From the IMG/VR virus record IMGVR_UViG_3300005573_000054, positions 95,484 to 159,483 of that record: 64,000 nt of DNA; one strand, given 5' to 3'. Both the position numbers and the translations under genes were made by a program. This document shows, piece by piece, positions 38,392 through 48,800 of the stretch (within the stretch, counting starts at the first letter, position 1; every line of letters begins with the position of its first letter). The notes beneath the pieces were generated by a model. The model saw only the letters and a list, made by a program, of their open reading frames with translations. It was not told the origin of the DNA and did no database searches. The DNA is from a virus.

Positions 38392-39610
38392 CGATGATGT
38401 CAGACTTTTTGTCTCATGTCCTTTCATAACGATCATCAAGAAGTGTCAACAGATATACAAGGATGTTTCTTCAGTAAGTTTTCTCGTAGACCTTAGATCT
38501 ATGGCATTAGGTAGATTTAAGTTTCAAGATAAAGTGTTTGAAGCTGATTTACCTGATTTGTCAGTACGTGAGTGTATTAACATTCTTACTCAAGTAGGAA
38601 ATACTCTTGAGTTTTGTAGGTCACAGAAGATTTCAGTTGATTGGTGTTTGTTTGATTTTTCGGGGGAAAAAGAGATCTTTAAATTACAGGAGATTCCACT
38701 GGAAGAAAAGCGAGAAAATCTCTTGGAAGAAGATCCCTCGAAGTGGGTATGTATACAGCTAACAAGAAAAGTTTACGAGGCCTCGAAGGATTTGCTCAAA
38801 AATTTGTGTAAGTATTCCCATTGTTTGAATCTCGTAGAGGGAAAAAATATCAACGCTCAGGTTTTGATGTGGCTTTCTTATTTTGTGAGAAGGTCTCTTA
38901 ATGAAAATAGGATCTTTATAATAGTTTCGGGAACATGGGATTACCTTTCGTTTTTTGATGATCAAAGGGTACTTCAGTATCAAGTACAGAGACGATTGAG
39001 AACAAGCTTAGGTGATCAGAAGGTTTCTCTTTACAATAAAAATAGTATTCAGGAGAAGATTGTAGAAAGATACAATATTGATGATCTTCGAGATCTTAAT
39101 CTTTTGTTTAATTTTGAAAGCTTTTTTCATGCCTTGTGTGGCTTTAAAAATACTATTCCTCCAATTATAAAAAGAATAGGTTTCAAAAAATGGGTGAATA
39201 ATCTGAGAGATACACTGGAGCAATTTTCTTCAAAACGTGATCTTTACCTTGATTTAATCAAAGGAAATAGTGTTAGGAATATACTAGAGAGTAAAGGTGT
39301 AGATATTACTAGACTTATTAGGCGAATCGTAGTGCTTGATGATGAGATATTATCTCGAGTACTACTAGATTATTTATCTCAGATCGATTCTCGTTTTCAA
39401 AAGTTTAGGTTCTATGTTAATGATATAACTGTTTCTTTAAAAGAGTATCTTTCTCAGGGAGTTCAGAACGTCTTAAAAGAAAATGCGTCTATAATATCGA
39501 GTCTACCTCGTAAAGAAAAGCTTTCTGATCGTAATGTAAGTGACTTCTTGAATTGGATTCAGACCAAACTAGATGAACCAAATCTTTCCTGTATCAGAAA
39601 TATTTTCTAG
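38384..39610 (+). CDS. Degenerate 5'-3' exonuclease/T4 RNase H (FEN-like) protein
   Basis: FLVD, IIVSGTWDYLS and ALCG.KNTIPPI..RIG.K echo the S.D.D and LxGDxSDNIPG.xGIG.K motifs, with acidic residues missing. Confidence 0.35.
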   Translation: MFDDDVRLFVSCPFITIIKKCQQIYKDVSSVSFLVDLRSMALGRFKFQDKVFEADLPDLSVRECINILTQVGNTLEFCRSQKISVDWCLFDFSGEKEIFKLQEIPLEEKRENLLEEDPSKWVCIQLTRKVYEASKDLLKNLCKYSHCLNLVEGKNINAQVLMWLSYFVRRSLNENRIFIIVSGTWDYLSFFDDQRVLQYQVQRRLRTSLGDQKVSLYNKNSIQEKIVERYNIDDLRDLNLLFNFESFFHALCGFKNTIPPIIKRIGFKKWVNNLRDTLEQFSSKRDLYLDLIKGNSVRNILESKGVDITRLIRRIVVLDDEILSRVLLDYLSQIDSRFQKFRFYVNDITVSLKEYLSQGVQNVLKENASIISSLPRKEKLSDRNVSDFLNWIQTKLDEPNLSCIRNIF

Positions 39611-39622
39611 AAGAGAGATCAA

Positions 39623-40330
39623 ATGTTAACTCCTATCTTTTGTATCGATTGGATTAAAAAGAGGTTAGGAGTACCTTATACTCCATTTGAACTTGAAGAC
39701 AGTGATCTTGCCTTCTGGCTTCAATATACAGTCTCGGAGTTTTCAAGGTACTCCCCAAGAAAGACCATTGTCCTTCTTGATGTTGAGCAGTGTAAGACAG
39801 ATGAAGAAAACGTCTTTGTAATCCCTATTGCTGATAAGATCTTTTCTGTTTTAAATGTCTATACGAGGTTTATGAATATTTTGGTTAGTGGACATCCTTT
39901 TGCTGTGTTTCCTCGGTATAGCTGGCAACATCTTGAAGATTTTATCCTTTCTTCAGATTTAGCTGCAAATGCATATAAGTTTTCTTCTTTGAATTTTACG
40001 TTCGAGTTTCTTCCTCCAAATAAAATAAGAATAACTGGAGATGTTGCTCTTAAGAAGGTTGAGCAGTATGTAGTTGAGCTTGAGATTGAACATGCCTCAG
40101 ATTTGTCAACAATACAACCCGAGTTTGAGACGATTTTCTTAAAGATGTTTCAACGAAATGTCTTGAAAGAGATTTCTAGTATCAGGATGTCGTATAAGAC
40201 GTTTTCTACTCCTTTCGGAGAGATCGAACTTAACCCAGAGTATATAGAAGAGCAGATAGCGAAGCTTGATGAAGAGATAAAAGAGTTCATTGATAATATT
40301 AACCCTGGAATAATAGTTGTGAGAGGGTAG
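39623..40330 (+). CDS. Neck/head-completion protein, T4 gp13-like
   Basis: WIKKRLGVP...ELED...FSRY N-terminus; GEIELN; C-terminal IIVVRG. Confidence 0.6.
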   Translation: MLTPIFCIDWIKKRLGVPYTPFELEDSDLAFWLQYTVSEFSRYSPRKTIVLLDVEQCKTDEENVFVIPIADKIFSVLNVYTRFMNILVSGHPFAVFPRYSWQHLEDFILSSDLAANAYKFSSLNFTFEFLPPNKIRITGDVALKKVEQYVVELEIEHASDLSTIQPEFETIFLKMFQRNVLKEISSIRMSYKTFSTPFGEIELNPEYIEEQIAKLDEEIKEFIDNINPGIIVVRG

Positions 40331-40332
40331 AG

Positions 40333-41367
40333 ATGAGTTATGCGTTTGTTGACCTCTTAGAGCAAAATATCTTCAATCTCGAGATGAGAGATAGAATAAT
40401 TGAGTTGTTTAGGTCGTTTAAAGAGGGTGAGATCGATGAGTTGAAGTTCGTAGGAGAACTCAAGGAAATAGCGACTAGTCTATTACAAGATGTCGGTGTA
40501 GAGACTGTCCCTGATCTTCTGTTAAGAGATAATATCAGGTTTATGGCTACAGTGACGCATTTTGTTTCCAGAACAATTATTTACATCTCAACTATAGCCA
40601 TTAAAGAGCTTCCACCTGAGGTCAGTGCTTCAGGATTTCTCTTTGAATTAGGAATATACTACTTGACAGCAACACAAAAGCAAGTTAACATTTTCTATAA
40701 AGTTAGAAATGCTCTTTCTATATTGATGGGATTCCTCTTTACGGGTTCGGGATTGCTTGTGATGGCTAGAGTTTTCTACGAGATCTTTAAGGCATTCTCA
40801 AATAGTCAAGCAAAGACTTCCGTTGATAATTTCTTCTCGTCACCTTCTACGAAGAAGTTTATCAGATACCTCTTTGTTGTGACTCTTATTTCGATAGGAA
40901 TGTTTCTCTTTTGGACGGGACTCAGTAGAGCATTTTTAGGAAAACCATCGAAAGATATGATTTTTGTGTATAAATTGGGTCTAGTGTCAGCATGTATGCA
41001 ATATTTCCAATATACTAAGAATGTTACGACGATGCTTTTATTTCCTAGTAAGATAGTTAATACTATCGTCTCTTTTGTCATCAAAAACTTTTCCCCATTT
41101 TCTGTTAATAGGTCAACTCAGGCCTTGAAGCCAAAAGCTATTCTTAATGCGTTTGGAGAATTTTACAAACGGCATCTTAAAGAAAAAACAAATCTTACCC
41201 CAGAAGAGATTGATCTTCTTTCGAAAGAATATGAGCAGTTGAAAAAGAGTGTCGATGAAAAGACTCTTAATGGATGGGTTGGTGAGTTGATGGAAATAGT
41301 AGGAAGAGTTAAGATTAAACCACCTCCTACTGTAGGTCAGATAGAGTTCTTGGGAAAACCCGAATAA
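40333..41367 (+). CDS. Membrane protein, M48/zincin-like without HExxH; paralog of 41428..42564
   Basis: Shared motifs ELxxEVxAxxxLxxLG and KDxxFVYKLG; two TM segments; N-terminal LLE. Confidence 0.55.
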   Translation: MSYAFVDLLEQNIFNLEMRDRIIELFRSFKEGEIDELKFVGELKEIATSLLQDVGVETVPDLLLRDNIRFMATVTHFVSRTIIYISTIAIKELPPEVSASGFLFELGIYYLTATQKQVNIFYKVRNALSILMGFLFTGSGLLVMARVFYEIFKAFSNSQAKTSVDNFFSSPSTKKFIRYLFVVTLISIGMFLFWTGLSRAFLGKPSKDMIFVYKLGLVSACMQYFQYTKNVTTMLLFPSKIVNTIVSFVIKNFSPFSVNRSTQALKPKAILNAFGEFYKRHLKEKTNLTPEEIDLLSKEYEQLKKSVDEKTLNGWVGELMEIVGRVKIKPPPTVGQIEFLGKPE

Positions 41368-41427
41368 TTTTAGAGATCAAACTTTAGAGAAAATATTTTT
41401 ACTTAAACCTAAAGGGGGAGTAGTATA

Positions 41428-42564
41428 ATGAGAAAATCATACTATCGTCTTTTAGAAGAAGTATTTGATATTGAAAAGCGGAAACAGATTATTAACATTT
41501 TTGAAAATTTCAGAAATGGAAAGATCACAGAGCATGATTTCATTGAACAGTTGGAAGGATTTTCTCAAGTTTTATTGGGAGAATATGCGAAAGGAAGATC
41601 AATACCCTTAATTAGGGTTGCAAAAGATGCTAGTTATATTGTTTTGGTCGATCTTCCGGGACGTGATCAGAAGGCAATTGTAGTTTCAGAACGTGTACTC
41701 TCGGAGTTAGGTTCTGAAGTAACGGCAGCTGCATATTTGTACTGCTTAGGAGCCGCTCTTTTCTATGGTAGGTGGCGGAGGTTTTTGAAGTGGTCTATGA
41801 TAGGTACTTTTTCAGTAGGGGGACTTTCATTTATTGCGAGTATTGTACGAGGTGCAATAGTAGATTTTAATGTGTCTGGTGTAGGAGATATGGTAACTGC
41901 ATTTAAAAAGATAGCAAAGGGTGATTATAGCTCTAAAAATATAATCCATCATAAAGATATGTGGTTTAAAATATTTTTTTGGGTGTTTTTAATTTCGTTT
42001 GCTGTTTTCGCTGTTTTGGGACTTATTTGGATTTTTGGTAATGTCTTTTCTAAAGGACTTCTCTCGAAAGACAAGTTTTTCGTGTATAAACTTGGTTTCG
42101 CGGGAGATCTAGCAAAATATTTTGATTATGTAAAAAAACTGCTGACTTCGTACGTTTCCGACACCAAACTTATGGCCGCTATGGCCCGAGATTCATTTGA
42201 AGAATATGTGTCTAAGTATGGATTCTCGGAAAAAGCTCCTATAATTTCTACGGAAAATCTACTTAAGGGATTTAGGAAGTTTATTAAGAAACAGTCGTCA
42301 CGTTTAGGATTATCCTCAGAAGATAAAGAGATAATAGGAAGGCAGATGTTATCACTTGAAGAACTTTCCAGACGTGAAGAAATGGATAGTTTTATTACTG
42401 AGAATATAGTTCAAGCGTCAGGGAAGATAGTAAGTAGCGCATCAGTGACGAAAGAACCAAGGCAATCACCTGGATCTTGGACTAGAGATGCAATGTTTAA
42501 TATTGGTGGAACGGTTTTGCGTTCTGTGGCGTCTCAAGTATTCGGTGAACGATATTACGAATAA
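41428..42564 (+). CDS. Membrane protein, M48/zincin-like without HExxH; paralog of 40333..41367
   Basis: Same shared motifs, TM segments and N-terminal LLE as 40333..41367. Confidence 0.55.
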   Translation: MRKSYYRLLEEVFDIEKRKQIINIFENFRNGKITEHDFIEQLEGFSQVLLGEYAKGRSIPLIRVAKDASYIVLVDLPGRDQKAIVVSERVLSELGSEVTAAAYLYCLGAALFYGRWRRFLKWSMIGTFSVGGLSFIASIVRGAIVDFNVSGVGDMVTAFKKIAKGDYSSKNIIHHKDMWFKIFFWVFLISFAVFAVLGLIWIFGNVFSKGLLSKDKFFVYKLGFAGDLAKYFDYVKKLLTSYVSDTKLMAAMARDSFEEYVSKYGFSEKAPIISTENLLKGFRKFIKKQSSRLGLSSEDKEIIGRQMLSLEELSRREEMDSFITENIVQASGKIVSSASVTKEPRQSPGSWTRDAMFNIGGTVLRSVASQVFGERYYE

Positions 42565-42567
42565 ATT

Positions 42568-42987
42568 ATGTTTCTAGAACTATGGAGTCCTGGTCGTAAA
42601 TATCGGTTTGTATTTCATAAACACAAGGCAGAAAAAGCAGGACTCCACTACGATCTTAGAATCGAAAACAATAAAGGAACTCTTTCAAGCTTTGCGGGAA
42701 GAAAGTTGAAGTCGTGTTTCTTTGATAAATTTACCCGAGTAGCAGTGTTTCCACAAGCAGACCATCATATCTCGTGGCTTAAGTTTAAAGGGACTTGGGA
42801 AACGGGATATGGGAAAGGGAAATTTACTGTTGAAGACCATGGTGTTGTGACAGTTATAAGCGTAGGTGAGAATACTATATGTTTCGATTTTGTAGGAAAA
42901 AGGAAACTTGTTAATGGTCAGTTTTGTCTTCTCCGTCTAAGAAGTGATATGTATCTTTTCTTTCGAAAAAACAAGATCAGTAAATAA
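42568..42987 (+). CDS. Stand-alone LigD-type DNA 3'-phosphoesterase domain
   Basis: FVFHKHKA..AGLHYDLRIE, LSSFA, DH...W..F.G...GYGKG....DHG. Confidence 0.85.
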   Translation: MFLELWSPGRKYRFVFHKHKAEKAGLHYDLRIENNKGTLSSFAGRKLKSCFFDKFTRVAVFPQADHHISWLKFKGTWETGYGKGKFTVEDHGVVTVISVGENTICFDFVGKRKLVNGQFCLLRLRSDMYLFFRKNKISK

Positions 42988-43004
42988 CATCTGAGAGGGA
43001 AAAA

Positions 43005-43835
43005 ATGACACAAAGAGTTATGGAAGAATTATTACGAGATGAAACAGATTTTATGCTTCTAGAGGAAATACTGTGCTCTCTAAAAGGAGTAAACGTAACT
43101 GATTACAGATATCGATATACCCCTCATATGAAACGAGAGCTGTTTTGGTTGTTTATTGAGGGTAAAAGAAACATTGATCCTTTGAAAGCGATGGTTCTCG
43201 AGCAGAAACTTTCTCTTTCAAGATCGAGAAAAAGATTAGGTCTCGTTCTGGAGGAAAATGGTGCAAAAGTCAAACTTTCGGAAGACCAATCTGAAACACT
43301 TAAGGAAATTCTTATTAAACTCTCGGCGGTATTACTTAAAGAAAAGGACGATCAATCATATGAAGAAGTAAAGAAAGAGTTAAATACTCTTTTCGAGAAG
43401 GCAAAAGCTCCAGAAGGATATGCGGAAAAAGTATTTGAAGAACAGAAACGTTTACGTCTTCCCCCCAAAACATTACAGAAACTCATTCGTACCGTAAACG
43501 AAAAAATCGAAGAGAAACTCAAAGTCAGCGATCCAAAGTCTAATCTAGCAAAATTCTTGAGATGGCTTCAAGAGAACGTAGTACTCGGTACTAACATACA
43601 GAGATACGGATTCATTGCGGCAATTATTATCACAGCAATTCTCATTCTATTTCTTATGTCTAAGATTCCTGTGATAGGAAAACTTTTTAAATTCTTGTTA
43701 AAGATTATCTTTTTACCTCTTACCCTTCTAGTGAAAGGACTTACGTTCATTTTAAAGAAATTAGGTATCATGACACCAGAAGAAGCAAAACAGACAATTA
43801 ATAACGTTCAACAACAAAAAGCGGCTATAGCATGA
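43005..43835 (+). CDS. Putative internal virion protein with C-terminal TM/amphipathic helices
   Basis: MLLE and VLE motifs; TM GFIAAIIITAILILFLM. Architecture resembles 27328..28077. Confidence 0.5.
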   Translation: MTQRVMEELLRDETDFMLLEEILCSLKGVNVTDYRYRYTPHMKRELFWLFIEGKRNIDPLKAMVLEQKLSLSRSRKRLGLVLEENGAKVKLSEDQSETLKEILIKLSAVLLKEKDDQSYEEVKKELNTLFEKAKAPEGYAEKVFEEQKRLRLPPKTLQKLIRTVNEKIEEKLKVSDPKSNLAKFLRWLQENVVLGTNIQRYGFIAAIIITAILILFLMSKIPVIGKLFKFLLKIIFLPLTLLVKGLTFILKKLGIMTPEEAKQTINNVQQQKAAIA

Positions 43836-44203
43836 TCCCGATAGAGTCTCCTTCCAAAAATAACAACCAAGAAGAAGATCAGTGTTTATGCGAAGATATA
43901 TTCGATATTGAAATTATGTCGTTTGTCATGAGTAACGAGATTATTTCCATGTTTTGTCGTTTTTTAGTGGAAAAGAGAGCATTATCGCTTCTCTACACAA
44001 AGTTCCGTGATAAAATTTTTTATTTGTATCCTGGTGCAATTTCAAATATAATAAACACGATTAACGAAGAGGTTGTTAGGATTGTGTATGAGATCGAGAA
44101 CATTGAAGAGAGAATATATTTTCTTAGAACGAAGTCATGTTTGTTGATTCAAGAAAGGTTTGAGAAAGAGCTTAATAGAGTAGTAGCAGAAAGACAAAAC
44201 TAA
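43832..44203 (+). CDS. Hypothetical protein
   Basis: ATGA overlap with the upstream gene. Confidence 0.55.
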   Translation: MIPIESPSKNNNQEEDQCLCEDIFDIEIMSFVMSNEIISMFCRFLVEKRALSLLYTKFRDKIFYLYPGAISNIINTINEEVVRIVYEIENIEERIYFLRTKSCLLIQERFEKELNRVVAERQN

Positions 44204-44231
44204 CATTTTGACATTTTGAAAGGAGGTTACA

Positions 44232-45587
44232 ATGACAACTGTAATTTCAATTAAGGCTAATCCACAAAAGAAGGACGAGGCACTTATCAGTTTTAAAGAC
44301 TTTAGTCCCGTCACTGTGACGGCAACAACAGCAACCTGTAGAAAGATTGAGTCCTTAGAGCAGTACTGGAATATCTTCTATGAAAACATTCCAACCTTTA
44401 AGGAATACGTTCATGGAATCTTTGACGAATCCCATAAACAATTATCGAATCGAGAACTTATCAATATAATCACTAATGTTACAAAAGATTGTGTTGAATA
44501 CCTGATTGATACGTATGACATCAAGATTAGTTCTTGGTGTGATTCCTCAAAGAGGACAAAGACGAGTTTCTTCGTTGATGAGCAAGAAGCAGAGATGATC
44601 TTTGAGTTCGTTGTTTCGCTTATCGTTTCTTTCCCATATTTCTTCAACATAAAAGAAATAGGAGATGCAATAACTGATAAATACCGCAAAGTGATTAGCA
44701 CCCTATGGAAGCTCAGTATTTCAAGGATGAAATTTGACGATTACAAGCAAGCGCTTATTGTCTTTAAATGTCTACTATCCGAAGAGGCAACGTACCTTAC
44801 GAATTTTATCCATGTAGTCTTTTCACTTCTTACAAGTTGTAACATCTCAAAGGTTTCAAACTTCTTTGGGTATTTTGTGAGTGTCATCTCAGAAAGTTAT
44901 CAATTCACAATAAAGAGTTTTCCTGAGACTCAAGTACCTCCAACTACAATAAGAGACCTCCTTATGAGAAGAGAGTCTCATAGTAAAGATCTTATAAGTG
45001 TTATATCGACTACGTTGTTAGTGTCAAAGACTCTATCGCTTGTGCAAAGCAAATGTAGAGCAATCAAAGAAAGTATCAAGACTCCGTTGGGAATTATCAC
45101 TGGAGATATCTTTAGGCAAGTCTTTTCGATTGATGAAGCAGTTCTAAATAGATATACGCTTGAGTTTCAGTACTTGATGTATTTGCTGTGTAAGGGAAGT
45201 AAAAAATTAAAGAGTCTATATCCTCACGCAGTTGATCTTTTTAGAGTAGCCGCAAAGACCCCAGAAGTAGTAAAAAAGGGGAGAAGTTCTTTCTTATCAC
45301 TAAAGTCACTGTTAATCAAGCATGACCTTCCGTATATTGATATTCTTTTAAGACGACTTTCAAAACTGTCTCATTTAAAGAACTTTGAACAACTTATCTA
45401 TATGGACACAGGAAACCCCTTTGAAAAGAACGCTCTTTACAAAGGGATAGTTGAAATGGTGGATTTTTACACAAAGGTTGTAGTAGATGATGATTCAGAT
45501 GTAGTTGATGAACTTAAGAGATGTCTATCAAAGATTGATTTTAGAATCCGTTCCTCAGAAGACCTTTTGTCCTTAAAACTTGTGTAA
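44232..45587 (+). CDS. Hypothetical helical protein; candidate sigma-like promoter-specificity subunit
   Basis: AGGAGG RBS; 451 aa, predicted helical, adjacent to the RNAP genes. Function is inference only. Confidence 0.4.
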   Translation: MTTVISIKANPQKKDEALISFKDFSPVTVTATTATCRKIESLEQYWNIFYENIPTFKEYVHGIFDESHKQLSNRELINIITNVTKDCVEYLIDTYDIKISSWCDSSKRTKTSFFVDEQEAEMIFEFVVSLIVSFPYFFNIKEIGDAITDKYRKVISTLWKLSISRMKFDDYKQALIVFKCLLSEEATYLTNFIHVVFSLLTSCNISKVSNFFGYFVSVISESYQFTIKSFPETQVPPTTIRDLLMRRESHSKDLISVISTTLLVSKTLSLVQSKCRAIKESIKTPLGIITGDIFRQVFSIDEAVLNRYTLEFQYLMYLLCKGSKKLKSLYPHAVDLFRVAAKTPEVVKKGRSSFLSLKSLLIKHDLPYIDILLRRLSKLSHLKNFEQLIYMDTGNPFEKNALYKGIVEMVDFYTKVVVDDDSDVVDELKRCLSKIDFRIRSSEDLLSLKLV

Positions 45588-45595
45588 AGTTGTTC

Positions 45596-45624
45596 GAGGG
45601 TAAGGATTCCTTACCCTCTTTTAT
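45596..45624 (+). terminator. Intrinsic terminator
   Basis: Perfect 10-bp stem gagggtaagg-att-ccttaccctc followed by TTTTAT. Confidence 0.8.
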
Positions 45625-45631
45625 CTCATAT

Positions 45632-45645
45632 GAACAAACATAGAA
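45632..45645 (+). promoter_or_regulatory. Candidate GAACAWA promoter for the RNAP operon
   Basis: GAACAAACATAGAA lies between the terminator and the AGGAG RBS of ATG 45660. Confidence 0.5.
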
Positions 45646-45659
45646 CAAGGAGAGTAAAG

Positions 45660-45863
45660 ATGAGCAGAAAGAAAACTTATAAGAAAAACCTCGAAAATGA
45701 AATGGCTTATCATGAAGTCTTCTATGATAAGCGAGGTAAACCCATTCACGTCTCTTATGAGAGTACAGCAGATGAAATAGGTAGTAGTAATGATGAGGTG
45801 TCCGAGCTCATAGAACAAGTTCTAAAGGTGAAAAAGAGTTTAAGGAAAGATGCAACTTATTAA
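45660..45863 (+). CDS. Small hypothetical protein leading the RNAP operon
   Basis: AAGGAGAG RBS before ATG 45660; overlaps the beta' start. Confidence 0.55.
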   Translation: MSRKKTYKKNLENEMAYHEVFYDKRGKPIHVSYESTADEIGSSNDEVSELIEQVLKVKKSLRKDATY

Positions 45864-48800
45864 CATCAATGAAGTAAAGACTTATGGTGTTGTTACTTCT
45901 CCTAAGGGTTACGACCCTAAGACAAAGACCCCTGATCCCAGAGGTCTCTTTAGTTGGGAAATCTTTGGGAAAACAATCCTGGAAAGGTCCAGTAGGTTTG
46001 GAAAGATCGAATTACCTGTTGGTGTATTTCATCCTATTTTCTTTGAAGTTCTTAAAGAAAAAGAAAGATCTCTTATAGAAAAAGTCCTTTCAAACAAACC
46101 CTATATAATACACAAGAATCAGGTTACTTTCTTTGAAAATCCCTCAGAGGCTTCTTCGAAGGGAGTAGACCCAAGTACTCTTCTCTATGGGATCTATTCG
46201 ATCATAAAGAATTACAGAAGTATCTTCTCTAACACAGAGAAACCTGATATTAGAGAGTATATAATCAAATATGATGCCAGTACTTTAATAGTAAATAGTA
46301 TTCCAGTAATTCCTCCAGTTTTTAGAGGTGATAGTCTAGAGGGAAGTACTCATCCTCTTAATAATCTCTACGCAAATCTCATTAAGTATTCGTTTAGGTT
46401 TACATCAAGAAAACTCTTTGATGAACATAATCCAATATTCGGATTGTCTTGTAACTCAATCCAGATAATGGTCCATGAGATATTCCTATTTCTTATGAAT
46501 ATGTATCGAGGGAAACAAGGGATTCTTAGAAGGAACATTGCCGGAAAAAGGATTGATTTTTCCGCTCGAGGAGTAGCAAGTGGAGATGTCTCTGTTCCTC
46601 TTGATCATGTTAAAGTTCCTGTAAGGCTACTGGTTAAAATCTTTGAACCATTTATTATCAAGAGGTTTATCAGAGAGTTCAATGTCAGTATAGATGATGC
46701 TTTGAGGATAATAGAAAAGATCTATTATTACCCCCATACTCCAGAGCTTATTAAAGAGCATCCCGAGTATAAACGCTACATAAATGTGGTTGAAGAAGAG
46801 TCTAGAGATCAGATTGTCTTGATTAAGAGAGATCCTGTTATTCATAGACTTGGTCTTAGTGCTATGAAGGTTATTCCATCATATGAAAATACGATCTGTG
46901 TAAACCCTTTGGAAACTTCAGGGTTCAATCTAGATTATGATGGAGACACTGTAGCAGTGTTTGCGTTGAATTCAGTAGAGGCAAAGAGCCAAGTACAGAA
47001 ACTTCTTAATCCTTATCATCCTGCAGATCCACAGCGACTTAAGTATACCTGGAACAAAGACTACTCATTTGTCTTTAAAGCAGTTACTTTAGATGCCCCA
47101 GAAGAGTTGATTAATCTGGAGACGAATTCTTTAGTAAAAGAGATCTGGTCTCAGACCAATGTAAACGTTGAAGGATCAAAGTATAAAGTTACAAAAGGTC
47201 TAGAGTTGGTGTTTAAGTGTCTTCCCGAGAAGTCTCGCTCAAAGAAAGTCTTTGAAGACGTCTTCTATAACATCTGGAAGAAAAATAAGTATCTTGATGG
47301 GGGTGAGACTTCTACTCTCCTTCTTCGATACCTTTCCGTAGAGGACGTGAAACAATTTCTTACTACGTGTTCACAGAAACTCTCTGAGTATATAACTTAT
47401 TTCTCAGAGTGTCTTACTCTCGCTGATCTGATAACCTCAGAGAGGATTAATAAAGTATTTAGAGAAGAAATAACAAAATTGAAATCTTCTTCAAAGTCAG
47501 ACACAGAGTTTCTCGAGAAACTCTCTTCTCTCTATAAAGAGTGGTCAGAAAACATTGTCAGGGAAGCTTCAAAGAAAAGTTCTATTAAGAAATCAATAAC
47601 TACAAACAGCGTTAAGAAAGTTCAACTCCTCCAAATTCTTTTAGCAAAAGGTTTCGTAGAAGATTGGAAGAAACAAGTGAAATTTATAACGTCTAATATT
47701 GGTTCGGGGTTCTCTGAAGATGAGTTTATACTGTCAGGGCACTCTGCAAGACTAGGTATTGCCTATAGAGTTATAAAGACTACAGAACCTGGTGTTTTAC
47801 ATAGACTTCTTAGCATTGGACTGAGTAGTGTCAAGTTGTCAGAGAGTAATCTTAAAGACTGTGGTACTACGAGGTATATTAATATAAAAAACTGTAATAA
47901 GTCGCTTCTGCAACGTCTTATAGGTAGGTATTATGTTGATGAAGTTGGTAAGTTGAAAATAATTACTGAAGATGATATTCCTCTTCTTGAAGGAAAGAGT
48001 ATCGATCTTAGGTCACCTATAACATGTAAGTCTCCTCAGATTTGTTTCACCTGCTATGGAGAAGGAGTTAACTTCTGGAATACAAAAGAAATAGGGCTCC
48101 TTGCGGGATTAAGTATTGGAGAAAGAATGTACCAGGAGATGATGAAAGTCTTTCATCTGGGTGGAGTTACACAAGTTTCGTTCTTTGATCCGTTCGAGTT
48201 CATGGAAAAAGAACTAAAAATGGATACTAGAAAAATAAAGTCGGTTCTTGAGTATAATCCTTCCTCTAAAAAAATGATTATAAAAGGTGAAGACTTCGAG
48301 GTTAGAATTTCTACAGAGTTGTTTGAAGATTTAGCAAAGACAATAAGCAAAATCGATGAACCAGTAAGTGTAGAAGTCTCTGAGTTGATCGTTAGTGTGA
48401 AGACGAAAGATGGAGAAGAGGATCTATTATTTGTCCCTGGACGATGTATGATTTTCGTTGAACCTCATAATGTTATAGGGTATGATAGGAGTGAAGATCC
48501 TCCCAAAATTGTGTTAAAGTTTATCTCCTCTGATAAAGGTAAAGAATTGATCAGTATGCTACCAAGCAAAGGTGGTATTGATCGAAGTATAATGCTTTGG
48601 AAGTTGATTGTTACTCACTCGTCGAAACTCCCAAGGATGAGAGAAAACGAGTTGCTTATGTTGATGTTTAATGCTGTGAAAGATCTAGGTAAAGTCGCTC
48701 TTGTTCATTATGAGGTACTTTTAAGTCACCTGTTGAGGTACCGCCAAGATATAAGAATACTAGCAAGACTTCATAGTCCCTATGATCCAGTCCTCGTCCC

